64,000 nt of DNA. Origin: Nitrospirales bacterium. Its GTDB lineage: Bacteria > Nitrospirota > Nitrospiria > Nitrospirales > UBA8639. The notes under the pieces were generated by a model. The model did not search any database. It was not told where the DNA came from and saw only the letters and a program-made list of their open reading frames with translations. Position numbers and translations under genes: made by a program. Location of the stretch: contig CBDBCZ010000019.1 of assembly GCA_965203295.1 (NCBI GenBank), positions 2,336,001-2,400,000 on the forward strand, in the 5' to 3' direction. Shown one piece after another: positions 10,382-20,686 of this stretch (its first letter is position 1; every line of letters starts with the position of its first letter).

Positions 10382-11713
10382 CTAGCTCTGTTCCTGTTCC
10401 TGTTCTTCTTCAACTCGAATAAAGACCGTTGGTTCGGTAACATACGATGACATTTTTTCAATTTCATGGAGTGCATGCCGCACGGACCGCTCTGTAGCTC
10501 GGTGGGTCATGATCACAACAGGAACAGTCTGCCCCTCCTGGCGACCCTTCTGAATCACCGAGGCAATACTAATCCCTTGAGATCCTAAGACTCCGGAAAT
10601 TTTGGACAACACACCAGGCTTATCTAGTACCATAAAGCGGAGATAGTAGCGGGTTGTCAAATTCTCCATAGGTCGAATGCTGAGGGGACTACGCTGTTGC
10701 AATGGAAACGATGTCGGAGGAACACGACTAAAGGCCCTGAACTTAAGGTTTCTGGCAATATCGATGACATCGCTCACCACCGCACTGGCAGTCGGTAATG
10801 ATCCAGCTCCCTGACCGAATAGCACAACATTGCCTACAGCATCTCCCACCAGTTGAATCGCATTATACACGCCATCAACTTTTCCTAAAGAAGAATTCTG
10901 AGAGATCATCGTAGGATGGACGCGGATTTCAACTTCACCCTGGAAAAATTTCGCAATGCCTAAAAGCTTGATCGTCATCCCAAATTCCAGAGCATAGGCA
11001 ATATCTAAGGAAGTGAGCTTGGTAATTCCCTCCGTATAGACTTCCTTGATGTTCAACGGAGTCCCATAGGCGAGGTTCACCATGATGGCCAATTTGTGAG
11101 CGGAATCAATGCCCTCAACATCAAAGGTTGGATCAGCCTCGGCATAGCCGGCGATTTTGGCTTGCTCCAGAGCCTTGTCAAAGCTTTCTTTTTCGTGAAT
11201 CATGCGGGAAAGAATATAATTCGATGTCCCATTCAAGATCCCCACAATGGAGGAAAGGTGATTCGCTGCGAGCCCTTCGGTCAAAGACCGTATAATCGGG
11301 ATCCCGCCTCCTACGCTGGCTTCAAACTGAATATCAACTCCTGCCTGATTGGCAGCTTCGAATATGTCCTCCCCATGAACCGCCAATAGGGCCTTATTCG
11401 CGGTCACAATGTGTTTCCCCTTTTGCATGGCCGATAACATGAGCTTTTTGGCTACATCATATCCCCCAATCAGCTCAATCACGATATCGATTGAAGGATC
11501 TTCGAGTACGGAATTGAGATCTGACGTGAGCATACCATCACGTAAGCGTATGCCACGATCAGTTTCAAGATCTAAATCCACGATTCGTTTGAGAATGACT
11601 GGCTTTCCCACCCGTCGCGCAATAATTTCAGAATTCTGGAGAAGGACCTTGGTCACGCCGGAACCCACTGTCCCGAATCCCACGAGTCCGACTGTTACTT
11701 CTGATGACATCAT
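10382..11713 (-). CDS. hom: Homoserine dehydrogenase
   Basis: [32 protein letters not shown] and a C-terminal ACT domain. Confidence 0.97.
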   Translation of the reverse strand: MMSSEVTVGLVGFGTVGSGVTKVLLQNSEIIARRVGKPVILKRIVDLDLETDRGIRLRDGMLTSDLNSVLEDPSIDIVIELIGGYDVAKKLMLSAMQKGKHIVTANKALLAVHGEDIFEAANQAGVDIQFEASVGGGIPIIRSLTEGLAANHLSSIVGILNGTSNYILSRMIHEKESFDKALEQAKIAGYAEADPTFDVEGIDSAHKLAIMVNLAYGTPLNIKEVYTEGITKLTSLDIAYALEFGMTIKLLGIAKFFQGEVEIRVHPTMISQNSSLGKVDGVYNAIQLVGDAVGNVVLFGQGAGSLPTASAVVSDVIDIARNLKFRAFSRVPPTSFPLQQRSPLSIRPMENLTTRYYLRFMVLDKPGVLSKISGVLGSQGISIASVIQKGRQEGQTVPVVIMTHRATERSVRHALHEIEKMSSYVTEPTVFIRVEEEQEQEQS

Positions 11714-12891
11714 TTTTCCTCAAGCTTTAGCGCTGCCTTAACACCTCGAACAGCCTGATGTATTCGATGTTCATTCTCGACGAGCGCAAACCGGACGTAT
11801 TCATCTCCGCCTTCTCCAAATCCAACACCCGGAGAGACCGCTACCTTCCCATCTCGGAGTAGCAGCTTCGAAAACTCTAAGGACCCCATTCCGACATACG
11901 ATGGTGGAATACGTGCCCAGACAAACATGCTCGCTCGAGGGTAGTCCACAGACCAGCCAATTCGGTTGAGCCCTGACACCAGGGCGTTCCGCCGACGTTC
12001 GTATCTCCCCACAATGGTCTTGACACAATCTTGAGGACCATTCAAAGCGATAATGCTCGCGATTTGAATGGGTTGAAACATTCCATAATCCAAATAACTT
12101 TTAATTTTGGTCAGGGCACCGATGATTTCCCGATTCCCTACGCAAAAGCCAACTCGCCATCCCGGCATGTTGTAGCTTTTAGAAAGCGAATAAAATTCCA
12201 CTCCGATATCCTTCGCTTCAGGAATTTGAAGAAGACTAGGCGCCTTATATTCATCATACACAAGATCAGCATAGGCCAAATCATGAACAACAATAACTTC
12301 ATGTTCCCGTGCAAAATCTACGACCTTTTTGAAAAACTCTAGATCCACTACACTTGTCGTAGGATTATGAGGGAAACTCATGATCAGGAGACGTGGACGG
12401 GGTTGACTGTGTCGATAGGCTCGTGTCAGGTTCTCAAAAAAATCTTCGTTTGGGCCAAGATCTATCCCTCGAACATCTCCCCCCGCAATAATCACGCTGT
12501 ACATGTGAATAGGATACGTCGGTGTGGGGGTCAAGGCCACATCACCGGGACCGACCAACGCCAGGGCTAAATGGGCCAGACCTTCTTTGACACCAAGCGT
12601 GACAATGGCTTCGTGTTCAGGGTCCAAATCAACATCGTAATGCCGCCCATACCATGCGCAGATCGCATGACGCAATTTGGTAATCCCTCGCGAGGCAGAA
12701 TATCGATGATTCTTACCCCTTCGGGCTGCCTCAACCAGCTTATCAACGATGTGTAGGGGCGTCGCTTGATCAGGGTTACCCATTCCCAGATCAATGATAT
12801 CCTCACCACGATGGCGCGCTTCCAATTTAAGAGACTGGACTTGCGCAAATACGTAAGGCGGTAAACGTTGAATTCGAAAAAACTTTTCCAT
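11710..12891 (-). CDS. alaC: Class I/II aminotransferase (AlaC-like)
   Basis: [26 protein letters not shown] and [15 protein letters not shown] motifs. Confidence 0.88.
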   Translation of the reverse strand: MEKFFRIQRLPPYVFAQVQSLKLEARHRGEDIIDLGMGNPDQATPLHIVDKLVEAARRGKNHRYSASRGITKLRHAICAWYGRHYDVDLDPEHEAIVTLGVKEGLAHLALALVGPGDVALTPTPTYPIHMYSVIIAGGDVRGIDLGPNEDFFENLTRAYRHSQPRPRLLIMSFPHNPTTSVVDLEFFKKVVDFAREHEVIVVHDLAYADLVYDEYKAPSLLQIPEAKDIGVEFYSLSKSYNMPGWRVGFCVGNREIIGALTKIKSYLDYGMFQPIQIASIIALNGPQDCVKTIVGRYERRRNALVSGLNRIGWSVDYPRASMFVWARIPPSYVGMGSLEFSKLLLRDGKVAVSPGVGFGEGGDEYVRFALVENEHRIHQAVRGVKAALKLEEK

Positions 12892-13138
12892 ATCTATAGT
12901 TATACGAGAGACGCTATGAGACACACAGGGTTCGCGCCAAAGCACCCATTTTCAAATGAATTTTCCTATTCTAGTTTAGGAAATAAAACCAGTCAATTCA
13001 ATAAATAGAAGAGAGTAAAAGAATCCCAAAGACCAATAGCCTTATGTTTCCATTTGAGGAATGGCTCAACATTGCTAGGACTTTCCATTTTTGACATAAT
13101 TCTTGTAGGAACTCCTAACTCTAACCACTTGACATCTC

Positions 13139-13852
13139 ATGCCACATCTAGGCGTTAACATCGACCATGTCGCAACCCTGCGTCAGGCCAGGGGAGGTCA
13201 CGAGCCAGATCCTATTGCCGCAGCCGTGTTAGTTGATTTGGGGGGTGCCGATGGGTTGGTGGTTCACTTGAGGGAGGACCGTCGGCACATCCAGGAGCGG
13301 GATCTAACGCTCTTGAAAGACATCATCCCCACGAAGTTGAACCTAGAGATGGCTACGGAAGATGACATTGTGAAGATCGCCCTTCAGGTGAGACCACATG
13401 TTGTGACATTGGTGCCAGAACGCCGTCAGGAATTAACCACTGAAGGCGGCCTGGCCGTTGTTGAAAACCAGGAGCGATTGAAACCCATTCTTGAAACTTT
13501 TCACGATGCTGAAATTCCTGTGAGTTTATTCATTGACCCGGACGTGAACCAAATTAAAGCCGCTCGCAAACTGAAAGCCCAGAGCATTGAACTTCATACG
13601 GGCCGATATGCCAATTGCCTGCATAGTGGAACAGGAGAAGACGAATTCAACGACCTGGTTCAAGCAGCAAGGTTGGCTCATAAGCTGGGGCTCAGGGTAC
13701 ATGCCGGCCATGGATTAAATTACCGTAACGTCACGCGTTTGAGAGAGATTTCAGAAATCGTGGAATATAATATTGGACATAGTATAATTTCACACGCTGT
13801 CTTTGTTGGTCTCGAACGAGCCGTAAGAGAAATGAAAGCTTTAATCGGTTGA
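13139..13852 (+). CDS. pdxJ: Pyridoxine 5'-phosphate synthase
   Basis: LGVNIDHVATLRQAR, HLREDRRHI, TTEGG, AGHGL and NIGH motifs. Confidence 0.98.
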   Translation: MPHLGVNIDHVATLRQARGGHEPDPIAAAVLVDLGGADGLVVHLREDRRHIQERDLTLLKDIIPTKLNLEMATEDDIVKIALQVRPHVVTLVPERRQELTTEGGLAVVENQERLKPILETFHDAEIPVSLFIDPDVNQIKAARKLKAQSIELHTGRYANCLHSGTGEDEFNDLVQAARLAHKLGLRVHAGHGLNYRNVTRLREISEIVEYNIGHSIISHAVFVGLERAVREMKALIG

Positions 13853-14237
13853 ATCCTGCCATCAGTCAGTTGGGGAAAGCACCGAAATCTTTCGAAAGGA
13901 ACCGAATCAACCATGTGCTTTCTGAGTGATAGCGAGGTACGTTCTCATTACCTCAGCCCGCTCAATGCTATAAAAGACTGTATTCCGAAGTACTGAAAGT
14001 TTCTCGAATTGTCCACTCCATCTTCAACACAGGGCGATTCATCACTTTCGACACCCTCCCGAGAATTTGGATCCGATTCCCATGAGATTTTAACCAAGCT
14101 ATACTATCTGCTGACTATGACGTTTTGGTTTCTCTTTTTTCATCGCATCTCTCCCGTGATCTCACCTGTTCTTGTGCTTCATTTGTGAGAAACATTGTGC
14201 ATTCTTTTGAGGTCACCTCTAGAATTCTCTGTTCGTT

Positions 14238-15791
14238 ATGAAACTTGTGACTGCGGCCCAAATGCAACACCTTGATCGACGAACGATTCAGGAAGCTGGC
14301 ATTCCCGGAATCGTGCTGATGGAGCGAGCGGGAAAAGGAGTCGTTTCCAACATAGAAAAAACATGCGGAAACCTCAAGGGAAGGACCGTCACGGTATTTT
14401 GCGGAAAGGGGAATAATGGGGGCGACGGATTTGTGATAGCACGTCTGCTTCGTCGGAAACGGATTCCAGTTCACACTGTTATCATGGCTTCCCCTTCCGA
14501 CCTCAAGGGTGATGCCAGAACCATGTATCAACGTTTGATCAAAACGGCCAGTTCCTCATCTCTTTATATCATGCCGTCCATCAAAGTCATTCGAGGACTT
14601 TTAGAAAAAAGTGAATTGGTCGTGGATGCCCTTCTTGGCACCGGCATTTCTTCTGAAGTCAAAGGTCCATACCGCCTGGCTATCGAGACAATCAATCATG
14701 TAGATGTCTCCACCGTTGCCGTAGATATTCCATCTGGAATCAACGCGGATTCAGGGGACATTATGGGAGTGGGTATCGGTGCAAACCTCACCGTCACGTT
14801 TGGTCTTCCCAAACTGGGGTTGTTTTTAGGAAAAGCCATTGACCACATAGGCGAATTGCGTGTGGTGGACATCGGAATCCCGCAAGAGTTTGTCGATGAT
14901 TTAGACATTACTCGAACCCTGCTTAGAATGGAGAACATTCGTGAATTCTTACCCAAGCGACCTCCATCTTCTCATAAAGGCACGTTGGGGCATGCTGGGA
15001 TTATAGCTGGCTCCCCAGGCAAAACTGGATCAGCTGCCCTAGCGGCGAGAGCGTGCCTTCGCGTTGGAACCGGGCTGGTCACTGTTGCCACGCCCTCTAG
15101 CGTCAATGGAACATTAGAAGCCAAACTGCTTGAAGCCATGACAGTCCCAGTCCACGAAACGGAAGACCAAACGGTGAGCCAACAAGCCCGCCCAACCTTA
15201 GAAGCTTTTACAACTCATCGGGATGCAGTGGGTATTGGACCTGGACTCACGACTCACCCTGACACGGTTGAACTGGTCCGATCCTTGATACCGAAATTTG
15301 ATCGCCCATGTGTCATTGACGCTGATGCCCTTAATGCAATCGCTGGGAACTGCGAGCTTTTCCATTCCTGTCGAGTCACTCCAGTCATTACGCCGCACCC
15401 TGGAGAGATGGCCCGATTGATAGGCCATTCCTCTGCTGCGATCGTTAACCACGATCGACTAGGCGTAGCCCTCAAATTTGCTAGGGATTATGGAGTCATT
15501 GTGGTTCTCAAGGGCGCGCGAACGTTAATTACTGATCCTAGAGGACATGTCGCCATTTGCCCTACAGGTAATCCAGGAATGGCAACCGCTGGAATGGGTG
15601 ATGTGTTAATTGGCGTGATTGCCGGCCTCTTATCTCAAGGGTTAACTCCCTGGGACACTGCCAGAGTAGGAGTGTATGTCCATGGCTTAGCTGGAGACAT
15701 AGCAGCTGAACGATTGGGGCAGTCGGGAATGATTGCGAGTGATGTTATTGAGGCATTACCCCATGCGCTCATGAAAGTCCAAAAATCCTAA
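14238..15791 (+). CDS. nnr: Bifunctional NAD(P)HX epimerase/dehydratase
   Basis: LMERAG, GKGNNGGDG, DALLGTG, AVDIPSG, TPHPGEM and TAGMGDVL motifs. Confidence 0.96.
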   Translation: MKLVTAAQMQHLDRRTIQEAGIPGIVLMERAGKGVVSNIEKTCGNLKGRTVTVFCGKGNNGGDGFVIARLLRRKRIPVHTVIMASPSDLKGDARTMYQRLIKTASSSSLYIMPSIKVIRGLLEKSELVVDALLGTGISSEVKGPYRLAIETINHVDVSTVAVDIPSGINADSGDIMGVGIGANLTVTFGLPKLGLFLGKAIDHIGELRVVDIGIPQEFVDDLDITRTLLRMENIREFLPKRPPSSHKGTLGHAGIIAGSPGKTGSAALAARACLRVGTGLVTVATPSSVNGTLEAKLLEAMTVPVHETEDQTVSQQARPTLEAFTTHRDAVGIGPGLTTHPDTVELVRSLIPKFDRPCVIDADALNAIAGNCELFHSCRVTPVITPHPGEMARLIGHSSAAIVNHDRLGVALKFARDYGVIVVLKGARTLITDPRGHVAICPTGNPGMATAGMGDVLIGVIAGLLSQGLTPWDTARVGVYVHGLAGDIAAERLGQSGMIASDVIEALPHALMKVQKS

Positions 15792-15839
15792 TCCTCAGGT
15801 TCATCCAATTGCTAGCCCCATGGAATCTTTAGGCCGAAC

Positions 15840-16334
15840 GTGACCGATCAAACAGTTTTGAAACTGCGGTCACTAAAAGACACGATCATCCTTGGGACCA
15901 CCATAGGCCACCTCCTTCGAGGTGGAGAAGTCATTGCCATCATTGGAGACCTTGGAACCGGCAAAACGACACTTGTCCGAGGCATTGCTACGGGAGCAAA
16001 GGTCTCCCCTCAAGTCGTAAGCAGCCCGACTTTTACGCTTATCCAAGAGTACCGTGGGACATTTCTCCTTGCCCATGTCGATTTATACCGAATTGAATCG
16101 CAGGCAGAGTTAGAGACTATCGGCCTCCACGAATACTATAACGACAGAACAAGTATCCTGATTGAATGGGCTGATCGGACTCATGGGTCCTTACCAGACG
16201 ACTATCTGAGTATTTACCTTGAACATTCAAGTCGCTACCAGCGTATGGCACGCTTTCAGCCTCATGGGCATCGGGGTGACCAGCTTTTAAGGCAACTGAT
16301 GAACACACCCATTTTCAAGAATCTGGTCACTTAG
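15840..16334 (+). CDS. tsaE: tRNA threonylcarbamoyladenosine biosynthesis ATPase TsaE
   Basis: GDLGTGKT, SSPTFTL, HVDLYR and IEWA motifs. Confidence 0.96.
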   Translation: MTDQTVLKLRSLKDTIILGTTIGHLLRGGEVIAIIGDLGTGKTTLVRGIATGAKVSPQVVSSPTFTLIQEYRGTFLLAHVDLYRIESQAELETIGLHEYYNDRTSILIEWADRTHGSLPDDYLSIYLEHSSRYQRMARFQPHGHRGDQLLRQLMNTPIFKNLVT

Positions 16335-16454
16335 GCTTTGACCTGTTGAGATCATGTTCGTTGATCCCACGATTCAGCATGCACAGGAGAGCACGTTTCA
16401 CTGTCCTATGTCCCTGCATTCGTTTGAAACACGGCTAATCCGGGAAACTATCCA

Positions 16455-19094
16455 ATGACGGCCCATGACCTTAGCCCCCTCATGCGTCAATATCAGGAGA
16501 TCAAACAGACCTACCGCGAGGCTATCCTGTTTTTTCGTGTGGGAGATTTTTACGAAATGTTTTTCGAAGACGCCACGGAAGCATCAGGCATCCTCAATAT
16601 TGCCCTGACCTCCCGTGAAAAACACAGTGCCAATCCCATTCCCTTATGCGGGATTCCACACCATGCCGCACTCGGATACATCGCTAAACTTCTTAAACAC
16701 GGGAAAAATGTCGCCCTTTGCGAACAAGTGGAAGACCCAAAACTTGCAAAAGGATTAGTCAAACGAGAGGTTGTCCGCCTTTACACCCCTGGAACCTTGG
16801 TTGACCATGAGTTCCTCGAAGCCGGTCAATCAAGCTTTCTTACGGCTGTTGCCCCTAGAGAGATGACCCCAACCACGCATGGGCCTTTCGGGCTTGCGGT
16901 GGTTGACCTTTCAACAGGGGAATTTTGGCTTTCAGAATTTCCAGAGGATCAGGGTCAAGACTTACTTTCGGATGAACTTGCTCGAATTGCCCCCAAGGAA
17001 TTAATCCATCCTGATGGTTTGGATCAAGGACTGTTGTCGGGATTAGTTCGACAGAAACTCGCAAGGATTGTTCCCTGTGATCCTCGCTGGTTTAACGCAG
17101 AAGATGCCCATCACTGTTTCCTCTCCCATTATCACGTGACCAATCTCGCTGACTTACACGTCGGTTCCCTGACTGCCGGAATTCAAGCAGGCGGAGGAGT
17201 ATTACGGTATCTGCGTGACATTCAACCAACTTTCACCCACCAACACATCCAAAGACCCATCACACGCCGACTCACCCAAGAGATGCAATTAGACGGCATC
17301 ACGATTCGCAATCTCGAAATCCTGACCTCGTTGTCCGATGATCAACAAGGGCCTACCCTGTTTTCTACCCTTGATCATACGATGACTCCTATGGGACGCC
17401 GTTTGCTCCGTCAATGGATCGTGAGGCCTTTGGTAGACATTCATGCGATCCAATCCCGTCTCATGGCAGTATCGCAATTTAAAGAAACGCTCAAATCTCG
17501 AACAAACGTTCGGTTCGCGTTAAAGAAGATCCAGGACATTGAGCGCCTTGCCAGTCGCGTCAATATGGGGATTGCGACTCCAAGAGATGTTCTAGGATTA
17601 CAACAATCTCTTGAAGTTCTTTCCACCATTCATACCAATCTTCAGGAATACCATTCATCACTTCTCATTGATCTTTTTTCTTATTGGGATAACTTAGAAG
17701 ACATCGTCTTCCTCATTCGAAATACCATCCTGCCCGACGCACCTCATTCTGTTCGTGATGGAGGAATCATCCGTGATGGATTCGACTCCACACTTGACCA
17801 GTTTCGTCAGGCCAACAAGGATGGGAAAAAATGGATTGCCGAACTTGAGCAAACCGAACGCCGACGAACAGGCATTGATTCTTTGAAAGTCAAATACAAT
17901 CAAGTTTTCGGCTATTACATTGAAATTACAAAGTTGAACCTTTCTCGTGCACCTCAAGATTATATTCGAAAACAAACCCTCACCAATGCCGAACGCTTCA
18001 CGACTTCAGAACTCAAACAGCTTGAAGAGAGTGTCACGACAGCCTCCATCCGTCTTCAAACTTTGGAACAGGAACTTTTTACCAATATTCGGCAGGATCT
18101 CTCCCAACATACCACACGAATACAAACTATGGCTAAACAGTTAGCAATACTTGATGTCCTCACCTCTTTTGCCGAAGCGGCGACTATACATCGTTACGTA
18201 TGCCCTGAGGTCGATAAAGGTGGTACGATTTCTATTTCAGATGGACGCCATCCTGTTATTGAAAGGATGAACCTGTCTGGCGGGTTCATTGCCAACAACG
18301 CGAAGCTAGACCTTGATTCCAACAGATTGTTGCTCATTACTGGCCCCAATATGGCAGGAAAAAGTACATTTCTCCGACAAACCGGCCTCATCATTCTTAT
18401 GGCTCAAATTGGAAGTTTCGTGCCAGCCTCTCATGCCAAAATCGGATTGGTGGATCGCATTTATACAAGAGTAGGCGCCTCGGACAATTTAGCTGGAGGG
18501 CAAAGTACCTTCATGGTCGAAATGGTGGAGACGTCCAAAATATTAGAATCCGCTACCCCACGAAGCCTTATCCTTCTCGATGAAATTGGCCGGGGGACGA
18601 GCACTTATGATGGATTAAGTATTGCCTGGGCTGTCGCGGAATTTATTCAAGATCGAACACACTTAGGCGCTCGTACTCTTTTCGCGACTCATTACCAAGA
18701 GATGGCGGCATTAGAAGGGATACGGGATGGAATTAGGAACTACACTGTCTCCGTAAAAGAGGAAGACGAGCGCATTATTTTTTTAAGGAAGATTGTTGAA
18801 GGAAAGGCTGACCGCAGTTACGGGATTCACGTCGCAACCCTAGCTGGACTTCCCGCACCGATTATACAACGGGCACAGCAGGTCCTGGAGCAATTGGAGC
18901 AATCGGATAGTCATGAACAGACGTCTCTCATAAAGGACAACGCTCCATTGTCTCCTTCTGTCGACCCTACGCTGCCTTCTCCTCACCCTCTTATCGAAGA
19001 GGTCAAGCAAATAGACCTTTTTGCGATGACCCCCCTGGATGCCTTTAATCGGTTAGCTGATTTCAAGCGTCGGTTAGAAGAAAATGGGGAATGA
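16455..19094 (+). CDS. mutS: DNA mismatch repair protein MutS
   Basis: GDFYEMF, TGPNMAGKST, STFMVEM, DEIGRGTST and SYGIHVA motifs. Confidence 0.98.
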   Translation: MTAHDLSPLMRQYQEIKQTYREAILFFRVGDFYEMFFEDATEASGILNIALTSREKHSANPIPLCGIPHHAALGYIAKLLKHGKNVALCEQVEDPKLAKGLVKREVVRLYTPGTLVDHEFLEAGQSSFLTAVAPREMTPTTHGPFGLAVVDLSTGEFWLSEFPEDQGQDLLSDELARIAPKELIHPDGLDQGLLSGLVRQKLARIVPCDPRWFNAEDAHHCFLSHYHVTNLADLHVGSLTAGIQAGGGVLRYLRDIQPTFTHQHIQRPITRRLTQEMQLDGITIRNLEILTSLSDDQQGPTLFSTLDHTMTPMGRRLLRQWIVRPLVDIHAIQSRLMAVSQFKETLKSRTNVRFALKKIQDIERLASRVNMGIATPRDVLGLQQSLEVLSTIHTNLQEYHSSLLIDLFSYWDNLEDIVFLIRNTILPDAPHSVRDGGIIRDGFDSTLDQFRQANKDGKKWIAELEQTERRRTGIDSLKVKYNQVFGYYIEITKLNLSRAPQDYIRKQTLTNAERFTTSELKQLEESVTTASIRLQTLEQELFTNIRQDLSQHTTRIQTMAKQLAILDVLTSFAEAATIHRYVCPEVDKGGTISISDGRHPVIERMNLSGGFIANNAKLDLDSNRLLLITGPNMAGKSTFLRQTGLIILMAQIGSFVPASHAKIGLVDRIYTRVGASDNLAGGQSTFMVEMVETSKILESATPRSLILLDEIGRGTSTYDGLSIAWAVAEFIQDRTHLGARTLFATHYQEMAALEGIRDGIRNYTVSVKEEDERIIFLRKIVEGKADRSYGIHVATLAGLPAPIIQRAQQVLEQLEQSDSHEQTSLIKDNAPLSPSVDPTLPSPHPLIEEVKQIDLFAMTPLDAFNRLADFKRRLEENGE

Positions 19095-19096
19095 AT

Positions 19097-19134
19097 AAAA
19101 AAATGGTACGCTCTTTTCAGAGCGCACCATTTTT
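19097..19134. terminator. Bidirectional intrinsic terminator between mutS and the convergent exported-protein genes
   Basis: AAAAAAATGGT-A-CGCTCT-tttc-AGAGCG-C-ACCATTTTT hairpin with A and T tails. Confidence 0.85.
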
Positions 19135-19156
19135 CAAAAAAATTACTACATTTCTT

Positions 19157-19759
19157 TTAGTTCTGATCTGAATTGGGGATGAATCCAGCAATAGCAGGTC
19201 CGCCAGGAATCATGACATCATAGCGCATCTTACGGTTTTTCGGCCAGCTATTCGCTGCAATCGACTGAGCTTGTGTCATAGCCCGAAGACTGTGAATGCT
19301 CTTAGGATCTCCAGGAGTCCCGGCAACATCCTTTATCGACTTGATGGAAGAGACTACCCTATGGTTTTGCGAAGTCTCTTGAACCACAAACTCTACCATG
19401 GTGTATTTGGATGGTGCAGTATTTCCCATAACAGCTTGGCTATGTGAAGCCTTCCCCAAGGATTGCAATTTTTGCCAAACACTGTCATTGGCTGCATAGA
19501 CTTTAAAATTTTTCCCAGGGAAATACTTTTGCCAATAATATCCACTCTCGGCATTGCCACCAAACACTGCGACATTAACCCATGCCGCCTTGTCATAGGG
19601 GTCAGTCACCGCGACTCGACCATGGAGGGTCGTCGGCTGACTCATGTCGCCCCATTCATACCTCTCCTGAAATGCCTCAATTCCGAGAGCACTGGTAGCC
19701 AAATCAAGAACCAAAGCGATGGCTGCAAGGACCACCAATCCTGTGTTACGAACCTTCAT
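19157..19759 (-). CDS. Exported protein of unknown function (B)
   Basis: 200-aa ORF with a Sec-type signal peptide and a strong RBS (AGGAGGAAGG). Confidence 0.85.
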   Translation of the reverse strand: MKVRNTGLVVLAAIALVLDLATSALGIEAFQERYEWGDMSQPTTLHGRVAVTDPYDKAAWVNVAVFGGNAESGYYWQKYFPGKNFKVYAANDSVWQKLQSLGKASHSQAVMGNTAPSKYTMVEFVVQETSQNHRVVSSIKSIKDVAGTPGDPKSIHSLRAMTQAQSIAANSWPKNRKMRYDVMIPGGPAIAGFIPNSDQN

Positions 19760-19841
19760 AATTCCTTCCTCCTCTTCGATTATAGATGAAGACCTTCTTT
19801 AATTGTCTATCACCACAGGGAGTAACGATTATTCAAATTAA

Positions 19842-20387
19842 TTAGTCGTTTGATAGAACAGTGAAGCCTGTCACCGTCCGGCCGCTAAGCTTCACTTCCA
19901 TCGCCACGAGATTTTGGGCAGCGTCGGTCATCTGCTTCATTAAGCCCTTATCTTTAACCGCAAGCCTGACAGTTGTTTGGGGATTGTACCAACCAGCATA
20001 GGGGTTATTTTTTTCTTCCCCGCCTTGAAATCCCCACGCACAACACACAAATAGGGGATCAGGAATTCTTACATCCCGATCATCTGAGGCTCGCCCAAGA
20101 GGATCACCGGTTTCACCAAGGCTGGAGGTATTCCAGTACTGAATACCAAACAAAATTTCACCATCAGGATTATCAGCCCAATGGGCGAAAATCCTGCCTT
20201 TGAGGCTCGAAGGTGCGTTTGGGCCATAAGAGATGTCTCCCTGGGTAGCCACTTTATTTGTCCCCTTTGATTTGGGGTTTCCAGGAGCTGGCCCCTTTTG
20301 AGCATCAGCTGACCCGACCAAGCCAAACGTCATGACACTGACGAAAAATAGGCCAGCGAGTCCACCGTACAGAAATGATTTCCTCAT
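19842..20387 (-). CDS. Exported protein of unknown function (A), containing a CC motif
   Basis: Start MRKSFLYGG follows an AAGGAGGG RBS. The signal peptide ends in ADA, and there is an FVCCAWGF motif. Confidence 0.85.
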   Translation of the reverse strand: MRKSFLYGGLAGLFFVSVMTFGLVGSADAQKGPAPGNPKSKGTNKVATQGDISYGPNAPSSLKGRIFAHWADNPDGEILFGIQYWNTSSLGETGDPLGRASDDRDVRIPDPLFVCCAWGFQGGEEKNNPYAGWYNPQTTVRLAVKDKGLMKQMTDAAQNLVAMEVKLSGRTVTGFTVLSND

Positions 20388-20616
20388 CTGCTCCCTCCTT
20401 GACTTAGAGAATAACATAATAAAAATATGACTCCCTACAAACTCTTCAAGTAATTCAATCTACTCTAAATTCTTTTGGAATTTCACAACTCAGCGACAGT
20501 ATCTTTTATTCAAAAGGAAATCGGTACCCCACCTCCTTTCCTTACTGCCGTTGATTTTCCAAGCTACTTTTTCAGTTTTCTAAAACCTCAAAAATTGAAA
20601 CCTTCTAAGGGAGGCC

Positions 20617-20645
20617 ATGCTACTTATCCCAGAGAAAATTGTCAA
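20617..20645 (-). promoter_or_regulatory. Sigma70-type promoter for the exported-protein pair
   Basis: TTGACA-N17-TAGCAT on the minus strand. Confidence 0.7.
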
Positions 20646-20686
20646 GAGGTTTTGAGGAAAAATTACCACCCTTTATACATGAGGTC

